Both the position numbers and the translations under genes were made by a program. 64,000 nt of DNA, taken from NCBI GenBank assembly GCA_041685435.1, contig JAWLFT010000002.1, positions 22,058-86,057 of the forward strand. Reading direction: 5' to 3'. This document shows, one piece after another, positions 41,447-51,337 of this stretch; positions within the stretch are counted from its first letter, which is position 1, and each line of letters starts with the position of its first letter. Below the pieces are notes generated by a model, which saw only the letters and a program-made list of their open reading frames with translations, had not been told where the DNA came from and made no database searches. The DNA is from Roseovarius sp. Its GTDB lineage: Bacteria > Pseudomonadota > Alphaproteobacteria > Rhodobacterales > Rhodobacteraceae.

Positions 41447-42661
41447 ATGACAACGGCAACCGACCCTCCGAAGGCGTCGTTCCATGTGTCGCAGTTGATC
41501 TACGACACTCGGTATCGCTCCTACACGTTTCAATTCATCGCGCTGATTCTCTTGATCATGGCGGTGGCCTATCTCGGCGGGAACCTTCTGCAGAACCTGG
41601 CCCGTCAGGGGCAAAACATCTCGTTCGGCTTCCTGTCAGATCCGGCAGGCTACGACATCAACCAGCGCCCGATCGAGTATGACAGCCAGTCCACGCATCT
41701 GCGCGCCGCCTTCGTCGGTGTTCTCAACACGTTGATCGTCGCCGTCCTGGGCTGTGTGACCGCGACCATACTGGGCGTGACGGCAGGCATCCTGCGTATC
41801 TCGCCCAACTGGCTGGTGCGCAAGCTGATGGCGGGCTATGTCGAGGCGTTCCGCAACGTTCCGGTGCTGATCTGGATCCTCATCATTTTCACCATCATGA
41901 CTGCGGTGACGCCTGCGCCTAGCGCGTTCCGAGGGGACGATCCTGCGTCGAACATGCTGTTCGGGGCGTTCGCCATCACCAATCGCGGCGGCTATTTCCC
42001 CGCGCCGATCTGGGGGCCGGGATCGAGCGTGGTGGGCCTCACGTTCCTCGCCTCGATCTTCGGGGCGATCTATTACCGTCGCTACGCGACCAAGCTGCTT
42101 TACGACACGGGCAAGCTGCTGCCGATGGTTTGGCCGGCGCTGCTTATCCTGTTCGTCCCGACGATCCTGGTCTATTTCATCCTTGGCCAGCCGATCACGT
42201 TCGATTACCCGGCGCTCGCGGGATTCAATTTCCAGGGCGGCATACATGTACGCGGCTCGCTGCTCGCGCTGTGGCTGGCGCTTGCGGTCTATACCGGCGC
42301 CTTCATCGCAGAGAACGTGCGCGCCGGCATCCAGGCGGTCGACAGAGGACAGACCGAAGCCGCGGCATCGCTCGGGCTGCGGCCGCGCCGCATCATGAAC
42401 CTCGTGATCCTGCCGCAGGCGCTGCGGGTGATCATTCCTCCGCTGATCTCGCAATACCTGAACCTGACCAAGAATTCGTCTCTGGCCATCGCCGTGGGCT
42501 ACATGGACGTGACCGGCACGCTTGGCGGGATCACCCTCAACCAGACCGGCCGGGCGATCGAATCCGTGCTGCTGCTGATGCTGTTCTACCTGGCGATCAG
42601 CCTCGGCATCTCGGCGATCATGAACATCTACAACAACTCGATCAAGCTGAAGGAGCGTTGA
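41447..42661 (+). CDS. bztB: Amino-acid ABC transporter permease (BztB/AapQ)
   Basis: FRNVP, AENVRAGIQAV, GQTEAA and YLNLTKNSSLA motifs. Confidence 0.92.
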   Translation: MTTATDPPKASFHVSQLIYDTRYRSYTFQFIALILLIMAVAYLGGNLLQNLARQGQNISFGFLSDPAGYDINQRPIEYDSQSTHLRAAFVGVLNTLIVAVLGCVTATILGVTAGILRISPNWLVRKLMAGYVEAFRNVPVLIWILIIFTIMTAVTPAPSAFRGDDPASNMLFGAFAITNRGGYFPAPIWGPGSSVVGLTFLASIFGAIYYRRYATKLLYDTGKLLPMVWPALLILFVPTILVYFILGQPITFDYPALAGFNFQGGIHVRGSLLALWLALAVYTGAFIAENVRAGIQAVDRGQTEAAASLGLRPRRIMNLVILPQALRVIIPPLISQYLNLTKNSSLAIAVGYMDVTGTLGGITLNQTGRAIESVLLLMLFYLAISLGISAIMNIYNNSIKLKER

Positions 42662-42664
42662 GCC

Positions 42665-43954
42665 ATGTCGCAAGCTGAAAGCTCTTTCGTGCGCAAGCAA
42701 ATGCTTCCTCAGGCCACGCCGCCGATCGCTGAGACCGGCGTCCTGAAATGGTTGCGGGAGAACCTGTTTTCCTCGCCGGCCAATGCCCTGCTGACGGTCG
42801 TCGCAATCTATGTGGTCTATCAGCTTGTGGTCGCGTCGGCGCCGTGGATCGTCAACGGGATCTGGGTCAGCCCGAGCCTGTCGGCCTGCCGAGAGATGCT
42901 CGATGGCAAGGTCGGGGCCTGTTTCGCGGTGCTGACAGAGCGCTGGAACCAGTTGCTGTTCGGGTTCAAATACCCGTCGGAGTTGTACTGGCGGCCGGGC
43001 CTTGCGTTCATCCTGCTGTTCGTGGCGGCGGCCCCCCTTCTGTTCTTCAAGTTCATTCCCAGCAAGTTTCTCGTGCTGACGGGCCTTTACCCGTTCGTCG
43101 CCTACTGGCTGATCTGGGGTGGCACCATCTTCATCCCGCTTTTCGCGCTTCTGGGTGTTCTTGTCGGCGCCTATGTCTACAAAAAGACCCTTTTCGCGAG
43201 CGCGGGCATGGCGGTGATCGCGGGCTTTCTGGCAGCGTTGATCTTCTGGATCCTGTCGGGTTACGTGATCCCGGATCTGGAAACCGTGATGGTGTTGCAG
43301 CCGGTGGAATCGCGCGATCTTGGCGGCTTCATGATCAACCTGATGCTGGGGGTGACCTGCATCTCGCTGTCGGTGCCGTTCGGTATCCTTCTGGCGCTCG
43401 GTCGGCAATCAAGCATGCCGATCATCAAGTGGATCTGCGTGGTGTTCATCGAATTCATCCGCGGTGTGCCGCTGATCACGCTCTTGTTCGTGGCCAATGT
43501 CGTGCTGGGATACTTCCTGCCGCCGGGGACCAGCTTCGACCTGATCCTGCGGGTGATCATCATGATCACCATGTTCGCGTCGGCCTATATCGCCGAGGTG
43601 ATCCGGGGCGGCCTCGCGGCGCTGCCCAAGGGCCAGTACGAGGCCGCCGACAGTCTCGGTCTCGATTACGCGCAAGCGATGCAGTTCATCATCCTGCCGC
43701 AAGCGCTGAAGATCTCGATCCCGGGCATCGTCAACGTGGCTGTGGGGCTCTTCAAGGATACGACGCTGGTCTCGGTGATCTCTATGTTCGACATCGTCGG
43801 CATGATCCGCGGGCCGATCCTCGCCTCGTCGGAATGGAACGGTGTTTATTGGGAACTGTTCGGCTTTGCCGCCGTGCTGTTCTTCGTCACCTGCTACGGT
43901 ATCTCGCAATACTCGCAATGGCTGGAGCGCCAGCTTCAGACCGATCATCATTGA
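42665..43954 (+). CDS. bztC: Amino-acid ABC transporter permease (BztC/AapM)
   Basis: FIRGVPLI, AEVIRGGL, GQYEAA and FKDTTLV motifs. Confidence 0.92.
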   Translation: MSQAESSFVRKQMLPQATPPIAETGVLKWLRENLFSSPANALLTVVAIYVVYQLVVASAPWIVNGIWVSPSLSACREMLDGKVGACFAVLTERWNQLLFGFKYPSELYWRPGLAFILLFVAAAPLLFFKFIPSKFLVLTGLYPFVAYWLIWGGTIFIPLFALLGVLVGAYVYKKTLFASAGMAVIAGFLAALIFWILSGYVIPDLETVMVLQPVESRDLGGFMINLMLGVTCISLSVPFGILLALGRQSSMPIIKWICVVFIEFIRGVPLITLLFVANVVLGYFLPPGTSFDLILRVIIMITMFASAYIAEVIRGGLAALPKGQYEAADSLGLDYAQAMQFIILPQALKISIPGIVNVAVGLFKDTTLVSVISMFDIVGMIRGPILASSEWNGVYWELFGFAAVLFFVTCYGISQYSQWLERQLQTDHH

Positions 43955-43969
43955 GGAGGGTCAGACCCG

Positions 43970-44737
43970 ATGGCCGCAGAAGAAAAAGTTCAGGTCTCCG
44001 ACAAGGCTGCCGTCGAGATCACCAAGATGAACAAGTGGTTCGGCACCTTTCACGTGCTGCGCGATATCGATCTGACCGTCTATCAGGGCGAGCGGATCGT
44101 CATCGCGGGGCCGTCGGGGTCGGGCAAATCGACGCTCATCCGGTGCATCAACGCTCTGGAAGAGCATCAGAAGGGCTCGATCACCGTGGACGGAACGGTG
44201 CTGTCGAATGACGTGAAGAACATCGACAGGATCCGGTCGGAGGTCGGCATGGTGTTCCAGCATTTCAACCTCTTCCCCCATCTGACGATTCTCGAGAACT
44301 GCACGCTGGCACCGATCTGGGTGCGCAAGACGCCCAAGCGCGAGGCCGAGGATGTCGCGATGCATTTCCTTACCAAGGTGAAGATCCCCGAACAGGCCGA
44401 CAAGTATCCCGGCCAGCTTTCGGGCGGGCAGCAGCAGCGTGTGGCGATCGCCCGCAGCCTGTGCATGAAGCCGCGCATCATGCTGTTTGACGAGCCGACG
44501 TCGGCGCTCGATCCGGAAATGATCTCGGAGGTGCTCGACACAATGATCCAGCTGGCCGAGGAAGGCATGACGATGTGCTGCGTCACGCACGAGATGGGCT
44601 TCGCGCGCAAGGTGGCCAACCGGGTGATCTTCATGGATGAGGGCCAGATCGTGGAGCAGAACGAACCCGAGGAGTTCTTCAACAACCCCAAATCCGAGCG
44701 CACCAAGCTGTTCCTCAGCCAGATCCTGGGTCACTGA
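43970..44737 (+). CDS. bztD: Amino-acid ABC transporter ATP-binding protein (BztD/AapP)
   Basis: [16 protein letters not shown] and FDEPTSALD motifs. Confidence 0.94.
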   Translation: MAAEEKVQVSDKAAVEITKMNKWFGTFHVLRDIDLTVYQGERIVIAGPSGSGKSTLIRCINALEEHQKGSITVDGTVLSNDVKNIDRIRSEVGMVFQHFNLFPHLTILENCTLAPIWVRKTPKREAEDVAMHFLTKVKIPEQADKYPGQLSGGQQQRVAIARSLCMKPRIMLFDEPTSALDPEMISEVLDTMIQLAEEGMTMCCVTHEMGFARKVANRVIFMDEGQIVEQNEPEEFFNNPKSERTKLFLSQILGH

Positions 44738-44946
44738 AGAGAGATCGGGGGCGCTGCCCCCATCCCCGTCCCGGCGCGGGTCATTGCCTTCGGCTGGCAC
44801 CGAACTGCGCGTCGCGCAAGTGCGATGTCCTGGTCGTCAACTACCCCCAACCTGTCGCATATTGCGGCGGGTCGGCGTTCCCGCATACTCCGGACGCGCG
44901 GACAGTACAGACGCCTGAGCAACAGAATACCAGATCTGCTCCGTCT

Positions 44947-45762
44947 TCACTCGGCCTCGCGCAATTGCGCGGGACGCAGCACCTTGATGGTGGGCCGGTC
45001 CGGCAGCGTGCGCAGCGAGACCTCGATCTCGTTCGTGCCAGGCCGATCTATGGCGAAGTCCCCCTCCATGCCGGCCAGAAACCGCTCCAGCGTACGGTCG
45101 GTGAACCAGTGCATGGGGATGACCACGCTGGCCTGCATCCGCCGGAGCACGTCCATCATGCTGTCCACCGCCATCGTGTACCCGCCATCGACTGGCGCCA
45201 TCACCACATCCATACGGCCAAGGGCCGCATATTGATCATCCGACGGCTCGTGATGAAGATGCCCTAGATGCGCGATGCACAGCCCCTCGGCCTCGAACAC
45301 GAAGATCGAATTGCCCTTCGGCTCGACCCCGCCGCCCGAGCGGATATCGGTCGAGACATTGCGCACCAGCATGGCCCCCAGATCGATGTGATGCTCGATC
45401 CCCTGCCCGTACTCTTCGCCCCAGCCGCGCAGGACATGCGGGATCGCCGGATCGGGGTTGGCCGTCCAGTGGGTGGAATGGGCGTGGTTCATGGTGACGA
45501 TATCGGGGATGAAATCGACATTTCCGATATAGCCTGTAAAGTCCGTCACCGCCGAAAGGTCCCGCGCCTGGATGAGAAAGGACGCATGCGCGACATACCG
45601 GATACGCACGGAGTTGTCGGGCGGCGGGTCGCGGAACCCGGCCTTGTGGACATATTCCAGCCCCGGTGCGGCGTCGGCAAGTGCGATGCAATGGCTCGGC
45701 CGCCGGTCCTGGGCCATGGCAGGTGCGGCGAGCATCAGGATGAGCAGGGCAAGTCGAATCAT
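44947..45762 (-). CDS. Exported MBL-fold metallo-hydrolase
   Basis: Signal peptide; HASFLI, NHAHSTH, HLGHL and VIPMHW motifs. Confidence 0.85.
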   Translation of the reverse strand: MIRLALLILMLAAPAMAQDRRPSHCIALADAAPGLEYVHKAGFRDPPPDNSVRIRYVAHASFLIQARDLSAVTDFTGYIGNVDFIPDIVTMNHAHSTHWTANPDPAIPHVLRGWGEEYGQGIEHHIDLGAMLVRNVSTDIRSGGGVEPKGNSIFVFEAEGLCIAHLGHLHHEPSDDQYAALGRMDVVMAPVDGGYTMAVDSMMDVLRRMQASVVIPMHWFTDRTLERFLAGMEGDFAIDRPGTNEIEVSLRTLPDRPTIKVLRPAQLREAE

Positions 45763-45950
45763 CGGTCGTCCTCCATCTTTTCAGAGGAACTGTAGCACGA
45801 ATTGCCCCGGCACCAGCTTTTGCGGAGCATCGACGCGTCCCGACCCGATCGCCATGCCGACATTCTGACCATTCAGGGAAGCTGCGACAGCAGCTTCCGA
45901 CCTCCCGGCAAACGCGCGACGCCAATGCGCGGCCATTCCGAAAGCGGCGC

Positions 45951-47834
45951 TTAGTCCGCCCAGTCCCACGGCCGCGTGAACTGCCCCAGCACGCGCGCCA
46001 GCGCTTCCTTCTCGGCGTCGCCCGTGCGGGTGACCATGGCCACCAGCCCGCGCTTCTTGTCATCCACCACGGCAGTGACGCGCGCCTCGAGCCCCTCCTT
46101 CTCGAGCGCGGCATTGTAGATGCGGCAGATCGCGCGTTTGCGCAGATCGGGCTTGAAGACCTTGCCGACGGCGGTCTTCGGCAACTCGTCCAGCACCTCG
46201 ACATGTCTGGGGATCGCGGCACGCTCGTGGACATGCACCTTGCAATGCTCCAGCAGGTCCGCGCCGGTGGCGCTGCCGCCCTCGACCAGTTCGACATAGG
46301 CGCAGGGGATCTCGCCGGCATGGGCGTCGGGCTGCCCGATCGCACCCGCCACGGCCACATGCGTATGCGCCATCAGCGCTTCTTCGATCTGCGCCGGATC
46401 GACATTGTGTCCGCCCCGGATGATCAGATCCTTGGCGCGTCCGGTGATCCACAGATAGCCGTCGGCATCCAAGCGCCCCAGATCGCCCGTACGCAGATAA
46501 CCGTCGTAGAAATAGAGCGCCTTGTTCTTTTCCGCCTCGGTATAGGTGTTGTCCTTGTAGACGCCGGGATTGGAGACGCAGATCTCGCCCACCTCGTCGG
46601 TCGCGCAGTCGACCGGGCCATCGGGGGTAATCTTGATGATGCGCACATCCGTGTAGGGAAAGGGCACGCCGACCGAGCCGACCTTTTTCCGCCCCTCGGG
46701 CGGGTTGGCCGACACGAGGCAGGTCGCCTCGGTCAGCCCGTAGCCCTCGATCACGGTGATGCCGGTGGCGCTTTCGAATCGGTTGAACAGTTCCAGCGGC
46801 ATCGGGGCCGAACCGGAAAACGCCGCACGCACAGTCGACAAGTCCGCATTCACCTTGCGCTGCATCAGTGCCGAGACGGCCGTGGGCACGGTGATGATGA
46901 AGCTGATCTTCCAGCGCTCGCAGAGCTTCCAGAAATTGTCGAACACGCCCTCGCCGCGATAGCCCGCCGGCGTCGGAAAGATCGCATGCGCCCCGGACTT
47001 GAGACACGACATCAGAATCACGTGGCAGGCAAAGACGTGAAACAGCGGCAGCGGGCACATCACGTTGTCTTGTTCCGTGAAAAGCAGCGTGTGCCCGATC
47101 CAGCCATTGTAGATCATGCCGGAATACTTGTGCTGCGCCACTTTCGGCATGCCGGTCGTCCCGCCGGTGTGGAAATAGGCCGCCACGCGGTCGCCGTCAC
47201 TGTCATCGAAATCAAGGGTTTTCGACTGCGCCGCGAGGCCCTTGTTGAAGTCGCGCACATCGGCGTGGTGGCCGGTCGGGTTCTTGGGGCGGATCAGCGG
47301 CACGATCCAGCTTTTCGGCGGCGTGAGATAGCGGTTGAGGTCGATCTCGTAGACGGTGTGCACGCCGGGCGCGTGGCGCACGGCCTCGGCGGTCTTTTGC
47401 GCGACGTCGGTCTTCGGGAAAGCCTTGAGCGTGACGACCACCTTGGCCCCGGTCTCGCGCAGGATGGCGCTGATCTGCTCGGGCTCCAGCAGCGGGTTGA
47501 CCGGGTTGACGATCCCGGCGATCACGCCGCCGATGGTGGCCACGGCCGTCTCAAGGCTATTCGGCAGGACGAGGGCGATCACGTCATCCTCGGCCAGTTT
47601 CAGGCTGCGAAAGAGGTTGGCGGCCTGACAGCACTGATCGTGGAATTGCTGCCATGTCAGGGTGTACGCCTTGTCACCCGCCCCCGACAGAAGCTGATAG
47701 CTGATCGCCGGACGGTCGGGAAAGGCGCGCGCTGTCTCGCTCAGCATCTGGTAGAGCGTCGCAGGGCGCGGGCGCGCCTCCCACGGCATCTCGTTTTCGA
47801 TGTCGAGCGCGTCCTGCCGCGATGTGAATCCCAT
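45951..47834 (-). CDS. Acyl-CoA synthetase (AMP-binding family)
   Basis: FHTGGTTGMPK, EGYGLTE, RTGDLG and KTAVGK motifs. Confidence 0.92.
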   Translation of the reverse strand: MGFTSRQDALDIENEMPWEARPRPATLYQMLSETARAFPDRPAISYQLLSGAGDKAYTLTWQQFHDQCCQAANLFRSLKLAEDDVIALVLPNSLETAVATIGGVIAGIVNPVNPLLEPEQISAILRETGAKVVVTLKAFPKTDVAQKTAEAVRHAPGVHTVYEIDLNRYLTPPKSWIVPLIRPKNPTGHHADVRDFNKGLAAQSKTLDFDDSDGDRVAAYFHTGGTTGMPKVAQHKYSGMIYNGWIGHTLLFTEQDNVMCPLPLFHVFACHVILMSCLKSGAHAIFPTPAGYRGEGVFDNFWKLCERWKISFIITVPTAVSALMQRKVNADLSTVRAAFSGSAPMPLELFNRFESATGITVIEGYGLTEATCLVSANPPEGRKKVGSVGVPFPYTDVRIIKITPDGPVDCATDEVGEICVSNPGVYKDNTYTEAEKNKALYFYDGYLRTGDLGRLDADGYLWITGRAKDLIIRGGHNVDPAQIEEALMAHTHVAVAGAIGQPDAHAGEIPCAYVELVEGGSATGADLLEHCKVHVHERAAIPRHVEVLDELPKTAVGKVFKPDLRKRAICRIYNAALEKEGLEARVTAVVDDKKRGLVAMVTRTGDAEKEALARVLGQFTRPWDWAD

Positions 47835-47944
47835 CGATGCGTCCTCCCTGTCCGTCCCGCTCTCCCCTGCGGGAATATCGCGTCGAGTTAAGATGTGCGG
47901 GATCTGCATTCGGCGCAAGGCTGACGCTGCGTTTTCGCCCCCGA

Positions 47945-49081
47945 TCAGCCCGCGTCGCCGAGGCAGTCGCGCAAGGCATCCGCCATGTCGCGCAGCAGCG
48001 TCGGATAGAGATCAGGCCCCGGCTCCACCCCGATGGCCAATGGATCGACCACGCCCTGACGGGCCACGCCGTCAAAGACTGTGTTCACCAGCTTGGGATC
48101 GAATTGCGGCTCGGCGAAGACGCATGCGATGTCGCGCGATTTGGCCAGGTCGCGCAGTTCCGCGATGCGCGCAGCGCTCGGGTCCGAGGCGTCGCTCAGC
48201 GAAATCGCCCCGGCGGCGGATACGTCGAAGCGGGCCTCGAAATACTGGTAGGCATCGTGAAAGACGAGGAAGGGCACATCGGCGATCGGTTCCAGTTGCT
48301 CGGCGATCTCGGCCTCGAGGCTGGTGATCTCGTCGCGGGCCTCGGCCGCATTGGCCTTGTACAACTCGGCATTTTCGGGGTCATGCTCGGCCAGTTTCTC
48401 CGCAATGAGCGACAGCCATGTGCGGGCATTGGCCGGGTCGAGCCAGGCATGCGGATCGATGCCGTCATGGGCATGGCCAGCGTGGTCGTCGTGGCCGGCA
48501 TGGTCGTCGTGACCGTCGGCATGATCGTGGTGGCCCTCCGCATGGTCGTCGTGGCCGTGGTCGTGGCCATGATCGTCATGCCCGTGCTCATCGTGCTCGT
48601 GGTCGTCGCCATGCGCGTGATCTTCACCGTGGTCATGCCCGTGCTCGTCATGCTCGTGATCATCGTGGTCGTCATCGTCATGATCGTCGTGCCCATGCTC
48701 ATCCCCGTGATCATGCGCGTCGAATGTCGCGCCCTGCCGGAAGGTCAGCGTCCGCGTGCCCGGCGCATCCAGCAGCCCGATCGCATGCGCATCCCCCGCG
48801 AGCGTGCCAACGGCATCCTGCAGCCATGGCGTTAATTCCGGGCCGATCCAGAACACGATATCGGCCGCATCCAGTGCTGCGGCCTCGGACGGGCGCATCG
48901 AATAGCCGTGCGGTGTGGCACCGGGGGCCACGATCAGCGACGGCGCGCCGACGCCCTGCATCACCCGCGCGACAAGCGAATGCACCGGGGTGATATCGGT
49001 CGCAACCTTCGGCACCTCGGCCTGCGCGGCCCCGGCAAGCCCTAGCCCGGCAGTGAGTGTGGCAATGAAACGGATCGGCAT
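47945..49081 (-). CDS. znuA: Zinc ABC transporter substrate-binding protein with long His/Asp-rich loop
   Basis: TPHGY, DPHAWLDP, FHDAYQYF and FAEPQ motifs; divergent from zur-znuCB. Confidence 0.94.
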   Translation of the reverse strand: MPIRFIATLTAGLGLAGAAQAEVPKVATDITPVHSLVARVMQGVGAPSLIVAPGATPHGYSMRPSEAAALDAADIVFWIGPELTPWLQDAVGTLAGDAHAIGLLDAPGTRTLTFRQGATFDAHDHGDEHGHDDHDDDDHDDHEHDEHGHDHGEDHAHGDDHEHDEHGHDDHGHDHGHDDHAEGHHDHADGHDDHAGHDDHAGHAHDGIDPHAWLDPANARTWLSLIAEKLAEHDPENAELYKANAAEARDEITSLEAEIAEQLEPIADVPFLVFHDAYQYFEARFDVSAAGAISLSDASDPSAARIAELRDLAKSRDIACVFAEPQFDPKLVNTVFDGVARQGVVDPLAIGVEPGPDLYPTLLRDMADALRDCLGDAG

Positions 49082-49093
49082 GGGCGGCTCCCT

Positions 49094-49150
49094 TGAATGT
49101 GATATCATAGCGTTTCGCGACGCTTGATAATTGTAATTCTATAACATATC
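49094..49150. promoter_or_regulatory. Two Zur boxes
   Basis: TGAATGTGATATCATAGCGTTTC (49094-49116) and TAATTGTAATTCTATAACATATC (49128-49150) versus the consensus GAAATGTTATANTATAACATTTC. Confidence 0.8.
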
Positions 49151-49182
49151 AAGCCGGAAATTACCGCACCCGGAGGCCCCGC

Positions 49183-49671
49183 ATGGACACGATCGGATTC
49201 GCGCGACACGATCACAAAAGCTGCGAGCAGACCGCCCTTGCGGCGGTCGAGGCGCATTGCGCCGCGCACAAGCTGCAGTTCACCCCCGTCCGCCGCCGCG
49301 TGCTGGAGATCCTCCTGAGCGAGCACCGCGCGATGGGGGCCTATGACATCCTTGACGTGCTGCGATCCGAAGGCATGGGATCGCAACCCCCCGTGGCCTA
49401 CCGGGCGCTGGATTTTCTGGTGACGCACAGATTCGTGCACAAGGTCGAACGGCTCAACGCCTTCATCGCCTGCACCCATCCGGGCGAGACGCACACCCCC
49501 GCCTTCCTCATTTGCCGCAATTGCGATGCCGTGGCAGAGGCGCAGGCCGAACCCACGCGCGGGATCCTCGGGCATGCCGCCGATGCCGCCGGGTTCGAAA
49601 TCGAGCAGGCGGTGATCGAGGCGGTGGGCCTCTGCCCCAATTGCCATGAGGCGCGCACCCCATGCGCCTGA
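49183..49671 (+). CDS. zur: Zinc uptake regulator (Fur family)
   Basis: [26 protein letters not shown] and CPNC motifs. Confidence 0.93.
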   Translation: MDTIGFARHDHKSCEQTALAAVEAHCAAHKLQFTPVRRRVLEILLSEHRAMGAYDILDVLRSEGMGSQPPVAYRALDFLVTHRFVHKVERLNAFIACTHPGETHTPAFLICRNCDAVAEAQAEPTRGILGHAADAAGFEIEQAVIEAVGLCPNCHEARTPCA

Positions 49672-50408
49672 ACGAGCCCCCCCTGATCGAGACGGTGGAC
49701 CTTGCAGTGCGCCTTGGCGGGGCGACCGTGCTGCATGACGTCAGCCTGTCCATCGACCGGGGCGAGATCGTGACCATCGTCGGCCCCAACGGGTCCGGTA
49801 AATCGACGCTGCTGCGCGCGCTGATCGGCGCGGTCAAACCGAGCGCTGGCACGGTCCGCCACGCAGGCGGCCTGCGCATCGGCTACGTGCCGCAACGCCT
49901 GCATATCGACCCGACGCTGCCAATGACCGTCACGCGATTCCTGAGCCTGCCTCGCCGGCATCCGGGCACGGATGTGCGCGCGGCACTCGACCGCGCGGGC
50001 CTGCCGGATCTGCGGACACGTCAGATGACGGATCTGTCGGGCGGGCAGTTCCAGCGGGTGCTGCTGGCGCGCGCCCTGCTGGAGCAACCCGATCTTCTGA
50101 TCCTCGACGAGGCGACGCAAGGTCTGGATCAACCCGGATCGGCGGCGTTTTATGCCCGCATCGCCGAGGTGCGCCGCGAATTGGGCTGCGCCGTGCTGAT
50201 GGTCAGCCACGAATTGCACGTGGTGATGAGCGCATCCGACCGGGTGATCTGCCTCAACGGGCATGTCTGCTGCGAGGGCCGCCCCGAGGTCGTGGCGCAG
50301 GCCGACGAATACCGCGCCCTCTTCGGCAGCGGCACACAAGGCGCGCTGGCGCTCTACCGGCATGACCACAACCACGTGCATGATCCCGCACCGGAGGCGG
50401 CCGAGTGA
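49662..50408 (+). CDS. znuC: Zinc ABC transporter ATP-binding protein
   Basis: [16 protein letters not shown] and ICLNGHVCC motifs; His-rich tail. Confidence 0.93.
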   Translation: MRLNEPPLIETVDLAVRLGGATVLHDVSLSIDRGEIVTIVGPNGSGKSTLLRALIGAVKPSAGTVRHAGGLRIGYVPQRLHIDPTLPMTVTRFLSLPRRHPGTDVRAALDRAGLPDLRTRQMTDLSGGQFQRVLLARALLEQPDLLILDEATQGLDQPGSAAFYARIAEVRRELGCAVLMVSHELHVVMSASDRVICLNGHVCCEGRPEVVAQADEYRALFGSGTQGALALYRHDHNHVHDPAPEAAE

Positions 50409-51220
50409 TGCTTGACGATTTCCTGATCCGCGCCGCCCTCGCCGGGCTTGGCGTGGCCGTGGCCGCCGCCCCGCTTGGCAGTTTCGTGGTCTGGCGGCGC
50501 ATGGCCTATTTTGGCGACGCGACGGCGCATGCGGCGATCCTCGGCGTCGCGGTGGCGCTGTCGTTCTCGATGTCGATCTTTGCCGGCGCGCTGGTGATGT
50601 CGCTCATCATGGCGACCACGGTCTCGACACTGGCAGGGCGCGGATTTGCCATGGACACGCTTCTGGGGGTGCTGGCGCATTCGGCACTGGCCTTCGGGCT
50701 GGTCGCGGTGTCGTTCCTGTCGGGCGTGCGGATCGACCTGATGGCGTATCTCTTCGGTGACATCCTCGCGGTGTCGAAAGGCGATCTGGCGGTTATCTGG
50801 GGCGGGGCTGCACTGGTGCTGGGGCTTCTGGCATGGCGGTGGCAGGCGCTGCTGACCGCGACGCTCAGCCCTGATCTGGCGTATGCGGCGGGCCTCGACC
50901 CGCGTCGCGAGCAACTGGTGCTGACGCTGGCGCTGGCCGTCGTGGTGGCGGTGGCGATCAAGGTGGTCGGCGTGCTGCTCATCGCCGCCATGCTGATCAT
51001 CCCCGCCGCCGCCGCGCGCCCGCTGGCCGGCACGCCCGAACGGATGGCGGTGATCGCCGCGGTGATCGCATCCGCCTCGGCGCTTGGCGGGTTGCGCGCC
51101 TCGTTTCAACTGGACACGCCCACGGGTCCCTCGATCGTCTGCACCGCAGCTGCGATCTTTGCCGCCACGACGCTCGGCAGCAGCCTGTGGCACAGGCGGC
51201 GCGGCACGGCCTCTGACTGA
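50408..51220 (+). CDS. znuB: Zinc ABC transporter permease
   Basis: WRRMAYFGDATAHA, YLFGDIL and TPTGPSIV motifs. Confidence 0.93.
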   Translation: MLDDFLIRAALAGLGVAVAAAPLGSFVVWRRMAYFGDATAHAAILGVAVALSFSMSIFAGALVMSLIMATTVSTLAGRGFAMDTLLGVLAHSALAFGLVAVSFLSGVRIDLMAYLFGDILAVSKGDLAVIWGGAALVLGLLAWRWQALLTATLSPDLAYAAGLDPRREQLVLTLALAVVVAVAIKVVGVLLIAAMLIIPAAAARPLAGTPERMAVIAAVIASASALGGLRASFQLDTPTGPSIVCTAAAIFAATTLGSSLWHRRRGTASD

Positions 51221-51243
51221 GTTCCCTGCACACACCAAGGCAG

Positions 51244-51312
51244 CCGACAAATTCTGTCGGATATTTCTGTTGACTCTTTTAGTCGGCAATTCGTAGGAAT
51301 AGTCTACGAATT
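51244..51312. promoter_or_regulatory. Cluster of palindromic operators upstream of the Fe(III)-binding protein gene (iron-box-like)
   Basis: CCGACA-AATTC-TGTCGG (51244-51260), TTGACT-CTTTT-AGTCGG (51270-51286) and AATTCGTAG-N7-CTACGAATT (51288-51312). Confidence 0.65.
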
Positions 51313-51337
51313 CACTCGGAAACTGAAAGGATCATCG

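Noticed and set aside
45877-45898. Perfect 9-bp hairpin GGAAGCTGC-GACA-GCAGCTTCC as a terminator
   Set aside because: No T-tract on either strand, so its function cannot be assigned.
48460-48722. Repetitive DNA considered as a CRISPR array
   Set aside because: It is the coding His/Asp loop of ZnuA, with no constant repeat and unique spacers.
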